A stretch of 64,000 nt of DNA from positions 3,456,001-3,520,000 of the forward strand of contig OZ223209.1 of NCBI GenBank assembly GCA_965140415.1. The letters run 5' to 3'. The position numbers and the translations under genes were made by a program. This stretch comes from Myxococcota bacterium. Its GTDB lineage: Bacteria > Myxococcota_A > SURF-8. Positions 58,941-64,000 of this stretch are shown in pieces; within the stretch, counting starts at the first letter, position 1, and each line of letters begins with the position of its first letter. The notes under the pieces are model-generated. The model was not told where the DNA came from and searched no databases. It saw only the letters and a program-made list of their open reading frames with translations.

Positions 58941-61563
58941 TCCTACGCTCCTTCGCACTGAAATTCTTGATTTTTTCGATAGTCTGTTTTTCTGAACTCT
59001 GTATTTTCTTAGGAGTTGCGAATTGAACTCCCGTTTTCTCAATGATCACGCTGGACAGCTGCGCTTCGGTAAAATCGAACAACGCACAAAGGAATTCGCT
59101 GGGTTTCATTGCTCGCACCTGATCCATTGCGAAATCGGCGGACAAAACGCCTTCCGATTCCAATCGCAAAGCAGAAACCAACAGCTTGGCATCCAGTTGA
59201 TGCGTTCCTTTTTTGGTGCTGCGAAGCACCGGAATACTCTCGGCATTGTTGAAATCAAGCAACGCCTGCTCGACACGCTCAGCCGCACAAACACGACTTA
59301 AATCGAAGCAATAGCGATACGAAGCAATGCTTTCTGACAAGGATCTCGTTTGTGACGAAATTTGCCTTGCATCGACAATCGAAATCCCCAATGGCAGATT
59401 TCGATTCAAGCGTTCGACAAGCACCGAAACGGGCATGGCGTCGAGCAATTCTGCATCGAAATATTCCGCTTTGGAGGCTACTCCCAAAGGAAGCGCCTGG
59501 CTGAATCCGATACAGGGCTTGGGCCTGAAACCTTCCGAATACTTGACAGGCACTGCGGCGCGTCTAAACGCACGCGCCACCTGATTCATCACATCCAAGT
59601 GTCCTAAAAAGACAGCATAGCCCTGTTTGTGATACTGAAACCGCACCACCCGAACACCGTTCGGACTGGCAAAAGAATGCATCTCTGCGTTTTTTACCGC
59701 TGCGGTTTCGACATGTTTGAATTTGAGCGACGAATCACCCTCGGGAGCAAACACGCGGCGCTCAATCCGGTCGTGATCGCAAATTCCGCAAAGCTGGCAA
59801 AGATCGTACGCACAATCCGGGCGAGCCTGTTCACCAAGCGCCTGCTGATATTCTTCCCATAAATACTCGGGAGTCACACCATAATCGATGCACACCCACG
59901 GTAACACATCCGATTCATTGAATTCCCGCTCGGCATAGGCATTAATATCGAAATCGAATTCGGCAAAGCTTTCGCGCCAGCGTTCGATATCCAACTGGTC
60001 CGTCCAGGCGTCGAAACGTGCACCTTTTCGGAAAGCCGCTTCGATTACACGCCCCAACCGACGATCCCCGCGTGCCAGGGCACCTTCCAGAACCGTGGCA
60101 TCGGAATGATGGTACTTGAACCCGATGCGATAGGCTTTGAGTTGATCGCGTAACATCATCTGACGACGACGGATTTCCTTTTCCGGCAACATGTTTGCCC
60201 ATTGGAAAGGTGTATGCGCCTTGGGAACAAAACTGCTAACGGAAACCGTCACCTGGGCGGATTTCGCGTAGGTTCGACCTATCTGACGCGCTTTCTTGGC
60301 CAATTCGGCAATCGCCAGCACATCGTCATCCGTTTCGGTCGGCAATCCAATCATGAAGTATAGCTTCACCTGCCGCCAGCCGTTTTCAAAGACGGTCTTC
60401 AGGCTATCCAGCAGGTCTTCCTCGGTATTGCCTTTGTTGATGATCCGGCGCATGCGCTCGGTCGCCGCTTCCGGTGCGAGCGTGAATCCCGTCTTATTTT
60501 CACGATTCAGACAATCGACCAACTCTTCCGTGATCGCTTCCACCCGCAAAGAAGGCATATTGATCGACACCCGATTGTGGCTATGCTCTTCAAATAACTG
60601 CGTGACTAACGGCGACAGGTATCGGTAGTCACCTGCTGAAAGCGAAAGCAAGCCCAGCGTTTCCTGCCCGGAACAGGCCAGCCCGTCACGTGCAAGTTGT
60701 TGAATGCGCTCAGGACTTCGCTGGCGTACGGGCCGATAAGTAAATCCGGCCTGACAAAAACGGCAACCACGCGTACAGCCGCGCTGAATTTCAACGGCAT
60801 ACCGGTCATGCACCGGTTGAATGGTAGGCACCAATGGCTTTCGTATAAACGATGCTGTATCCAGATTGCCAATCGTCGCCTTACAAACACATTGCGGAGC
60901 ACCATGAAGCGCAGTGATGCTTTGCAGGCGCTTGTCGGAATCGAATTGTACCTGGTAAAGCGAAGGAACGTATACGCCTTCCAGTTGCGACAGTTTCTTC
61001 AATAATGTCGGTCGATCTAGGTTCTGACTTTTCGCTTCCATCACGCAGTCAGCTATCTGAAGAACGAGTTCTTCTCCATCACCCAAAGCGAAAGCATCGA
61101 TGAAATCAGCCACGGGTTCCGGGTTGGTCGCTGCCGGTCCACCGGCGATAATCAGTGGATGGGACGCATCGCGCTGTTCGCTTCGCAGGGGAATCCCTGC
61201 CAGATCCAGCATCGTCAAAATATTGGTCGCAGTCAGTTCATGCTGCAAGGTAAAGCCGATCAAATCGAAATCGGTCAAGGCATCTTTGGATTCCAGCGCA
61301 AACAAGGGGAGTTTGTGCTCCCGTAGTTCCGCTTCCATATCCGGCCAGGGAGAGTAGACGCGCTCTGCCCATATCCCTTCGCGATCATTCAGGATTTCAT
61401 ATAGTATTTTCAAGCCGATGTGGCTGAATGCCACTTCGTAGACATCCGGAAACGCCAATGCGACACGCAGACGCACCTGTGCGGGATCTTTGCGCACGGC
61501 ATGAACTTCACAGCCTAAATAACGGCCCGGTTTGGACACTCTTGGAAGAATTTCACGCAGCAT
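58882..61563 (-). CDS. TIGR03960-type B12-binding radical SAM protein fused to TIGR03936-type radical-SAM-linked domain
   Basis: KPGRYLG.E, FPDVYEV, RGCTRGCRFCQAG, APEA.TER, KLYFMIGLP; C-terminal FLGHLD...YSEGF.P.P...ALPLG. Confidence 0.9.
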   Translation of the reverse strand: MLREILPRVSKPGRYLGCEVHAVRKDPAQVRLRVALAFPDVYEVAFSHIGLKILYEILNDREGIWAERVYSPWPDMEAELREHKLPLFALESKDALTDFDLIGFTLQHELTATNILTMLDLAGIPLRSEQRDASHPLIIAGGPAATNPEPVADFIDAFALGDGEELVLQIADCVMEAKSQNLDRPTLLKKLSQLEGVYVPSLYQVQFDSDKRLQSITALHGAPQCVCKATIGNLDTASFIRKPLVPTIQPVHDRYAVEIQRGCTRGCRFCQAGFTYRPVRQRSPERIQQLARDGLACSGQETLGLLSLSAGDYRYLSPLVTQLFEEHSHNRVSINMPSLRVEAITEELVDCLNRENKTGFTLAPEAATERMRRIINKGNTEEDLLDSLKTVFENGWRQVKLYFMIGLPTETDDDVLAIAELAKKARQIGRTYAKSAQVTVSVSSFVPKAHTPFQWANMLPEKEIRRRQMMLRDQLKAYRIGFKYHHSDATVLEGALARGDRRLGRVIEAAFRKGARFDAWTDQLDIERWRESFAEFDFDINAYAEREFNESDVLPWVCIDYGVTPEYLWEEYQQALGEQARPDCAYDLCQLCGICDHDRIERRVFAPEGDSSLKFKHVETAAVKNAEMHSFASPNGVRVVRFQYHKQGYAVFLGHLDVMNQVARAFRRAAVPVKYSEGFRPKPCIGFSQALPLGVASKAEYFDAELLDAMPVSVLVERLNRNLPLGISIVDARQISSQTRSLSESIASYRYCFDLSRVCAAERVEQALLDFNNAESIPVLRSTKKGTHQLDAKLLVSALRLESEGVLSADFAMDQVRAMKPSEFLCALFDFTEAQLSSVIIEKTGVQFATPKKIQSSEKQTIEKIKNFSAKERRNGPKANRQRHSIREPGGTG

Positions 61564-61704
61564 CGGGACGCACTCCTACATCGCTTCATACACATCCGGC
61601 GGGCGAGCTTCCCCGCCTGGGGAGGCTACCTGCTTGTCCCCGGAAAGTAAACATGTATATTTAACATATGGAAGGAATAAGAACAATCAATTTCTTGAAA
61701 ATTA

Positions 61705-63858
<2,154 letters not shown>

Positions 63859-63888
63859 TCAAGGAATCAATGCACAAGTCCCGTTTTT

Positions 63889-64000
63889 TCACCCATCCCC
63901 GTCCACATCCGAGCAGCCGATACAGTCCATGTCCAGAATGGTGGCTGAACCAGCGTAAACCGTGACCGGAATAATCGCATTTTGCAAGTATTCCCCACCT
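63889..64000 (-). CDS. 3' end of an unidentified gene running off the window
   Basis: Open frame ...GGEYLQNAIIPVTVYAGSATILDMDCIGCSDVDGDG-stop (TGA at 63889-63891). Confidence 0.4.
   Translation of the reverse strand, partial: GGEYLQNAIIPVTVYAGSATILDMDCIGCSDVDGDG

Noticed and set aside
58941-59042. Longer ORF-track starts for rng (also for nfu, GNAT, rnfB, acyl-CoA ligase and ligA)
   Set aside because: Family homology and RBS positions favour the downstream starts used here

Overview
Gene-dense bacterial chromosomal window, roughly 50% GC by eye. A MYXO-CTERM-like sorting tail, DUF3786, Rnf and a TIGR03960-rng pair suggest an anaerobic Myxococcota/Deltaproteobacteria-like organism (inference). 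In order it holds: a GT-C-like glycosyltransferase + MBOAT pair, an OprO/P-like porin, otsB-like phosphatase, penicillin acylase, rnfCDGEAB + apbE, Nfu, GNAT, a GlpA-like oxidoreductase triad, cobB, M3 peptidase, a surface-sorted heparinase II/III-like lyase divergent from MFS-rhaDBA, rhaM, pepD and DUF302. Then follow a ~9 kb block of two GT-C-like membrane proteins flanking a B12 radical SAM, a DegT aminotransferase and a second radical SAM; a lone minimal flagellin; a sensor kinase; a membrane-anchored PEP-synthase-like kinase; acyl-CoA ligase and dehydrogenase; tandem cNMP-binding proteins; an SDR; rng; a TIGR03960/TIGR03936 fusion and ligA. I saw no rRNA, tRNA, CRISPR array or transposase. 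The best candidates for an undescribed system are the 34.8-44.0 kb GT-C/radical SAM/aminotransferase block and the membrane-anchored PEP-synthase-like kinase pair. All calls come from motif recognition by eye; no database searches were run.
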